A DNA stretch of 63,998 nt, the filler included, from Reticulomyxa filosa (lineage: Eukaryota; Protista; Foraminifera): the NCBI GenBank assembly GCA_000512085.1. It is 21 parts of 21 records of this genome, joined end to end, with 100 filler letters (N's around TTAATTAATTAA, not from the genome) between each part and the next. Parts side by side here need not be neighbours in the genome. Positions count along the whole stretch, not along the records: positions 62,999 to 63,998 come from ASPP01047049.1; 20 more parts are not named here. One strand, 5' to 3'. The notes under the pieces are model-generated. The model saw nothing but the letters and a program-made list of their open reading frames with translations, searched no databases and was not told where the DNA came from. Every line of letters starts with the position of its first letter. The stretch's first letter is position 1. Shown one piece after another: positions 62,999 through 63,998 of this stretch. The position numbers and the translations under genes are program-made.

Positions 62999-63998
62999 TG
63001 CACACTATGGATGATCGATTGTAAGATTGTGGTTGGTCTCCCATCTAAATCAGTTAGTCCTGCTTTACTTGCAATGTCGATAATTTCTTTGGGCGCACGA
63101 CTGTATTGTACTTGGACATCTTTTCCGTGTATTGTGTGGATTAATCGCAGGCTTTGAGTAACTGCCGACGTGCTGGCAGTGATTGTATCAAATATGACAA
63201 ATCCATAGCGAGGGAAGCCCGTTTTGGTATCTTTTACAATTCTCGAATCTAAGACATTTCCATAGCGACAAAAACAATTGGCTAAATCGTCTCGATCTGT
63301 ATTGGGCGGCAATTGCGACACGTAGACTGTACGATACGACTTTTCCAACATGTAAATTTGCTGCGAATCCAAAGGACATTGTCCAAGAGCAATCGTAATG
63401 TATTTAATGTATCGAAGCACAGTTTCTTGGTCTTCCGGTTTCTTTGCAGGTTGCACCGTGATCTTCAAGTTGCCAATGGTGATTCCATTCAACTGGTCAA
63501 TACAATGCTGTGCTTGTATACTCGTTTGAAATCCCATAAACACGTAGTGATCTTTGCGTTTAAAAGTCACACTGGGATATCCCAACAATCCTTCCAAATA
63601 CAAGCGTAGTGATGAATCATCCATTTTATCGGGAACATTGCCAACATACACAACTATTCAAAACACGCAACAAAAGTTTTTTAATTAAAGCCCTCTTTTT
63701 CTTTTTAAAAAGCGTTGAACATACCATTTTTTGGATCAACCAATTCGGAAGTATTGATATCTTGAGAAGAAGATTCTTTATCATGATGATCAGCATGGAA
63801 ATGGAAGTCAATGCCTTTTTGAGTGGCTGTTTTGAATGAATTTTGTCCGGTGTTACTCAAACAATATTGCTGGTGCGTTTGATCGTGGCCTTTCCTTACC
63901 ACCACAGGATTGCCCAAGATACAAATGTCCTGCTTGATTTCAACTGCGAAATCGCGTTCTTTTTCAGTCGCAAAGTTGACAAACCCATAGCCCTTTGA
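62999..63998 (-). CDS. Multi-RRM RNA-binding protein (at least 3 RRMs); partial at both ends
   Basis: RNP1 KGYGFVNF at the window end; after an intron (~63655-63730) YVGNV...HYVFMGF, then VYVSQLPP...IVKDTKTGFPRYGFVIF. Confidence 0.9.

Noticed and set aside
1-63998. Gene neighbourhood (GPCR, RGS, kinases, GTPase, SecA-like) as an operon-like system
   Set aside because: The genes sit on separate contigs joined artificially, so order carries no information.
1-63998. tRNA, rRNA or CRISPR arrays
   Set aside because: None recognised by eye; covariance-model searches were not run.

Overview
This is AT-rich, intron-containing eukaryotic DNA, not one locus. It is 21 contig pieces joined by 20 artificial 100-nt spacers (N-run, TTAATTAATTAA, N-run), so adjacency across spacers is meaningless and many genes are truncated. 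Gene-family style (WD40/kelch-like propellers carrying an 'EEIQIIIxHWIRIL..LGWIxDFDK' module, many decayed pseudogenes, microsatellite-filled introns) suggests a foraminiferan such as Reticulomyxa filosa; this is inference, not a database result. Recognisable genes: TMTC-type O-mannosyltransferase, a 7TM receptor with the GPCR-PIPK LR(x)9GI linker motif, UBR4/BIG, a CAP-Gly protein, GILT, a CAMK-type kinase fragment, WD40, VASt/Aster, RGS, a eukaryotic SecA-like DEAD ATPase, a giant VLIG-type GTPase, and C2, CUE-like and multi-RRM proteins. Mobile DNA: a full-length decayed Tc1/mariner element with ~165-bp TIRs plus two more TIR copies, and non-LTR retrotransposon remnants, one next to a structured repeat array. 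Best leads: the GPCR-PIPK-type receptor, the recurrent propeller-associated helical module, the giant GTPase with an altered Walker A, and the SecA-like ATPase. All domain calls are from reading motifs by eye; no searches were run.
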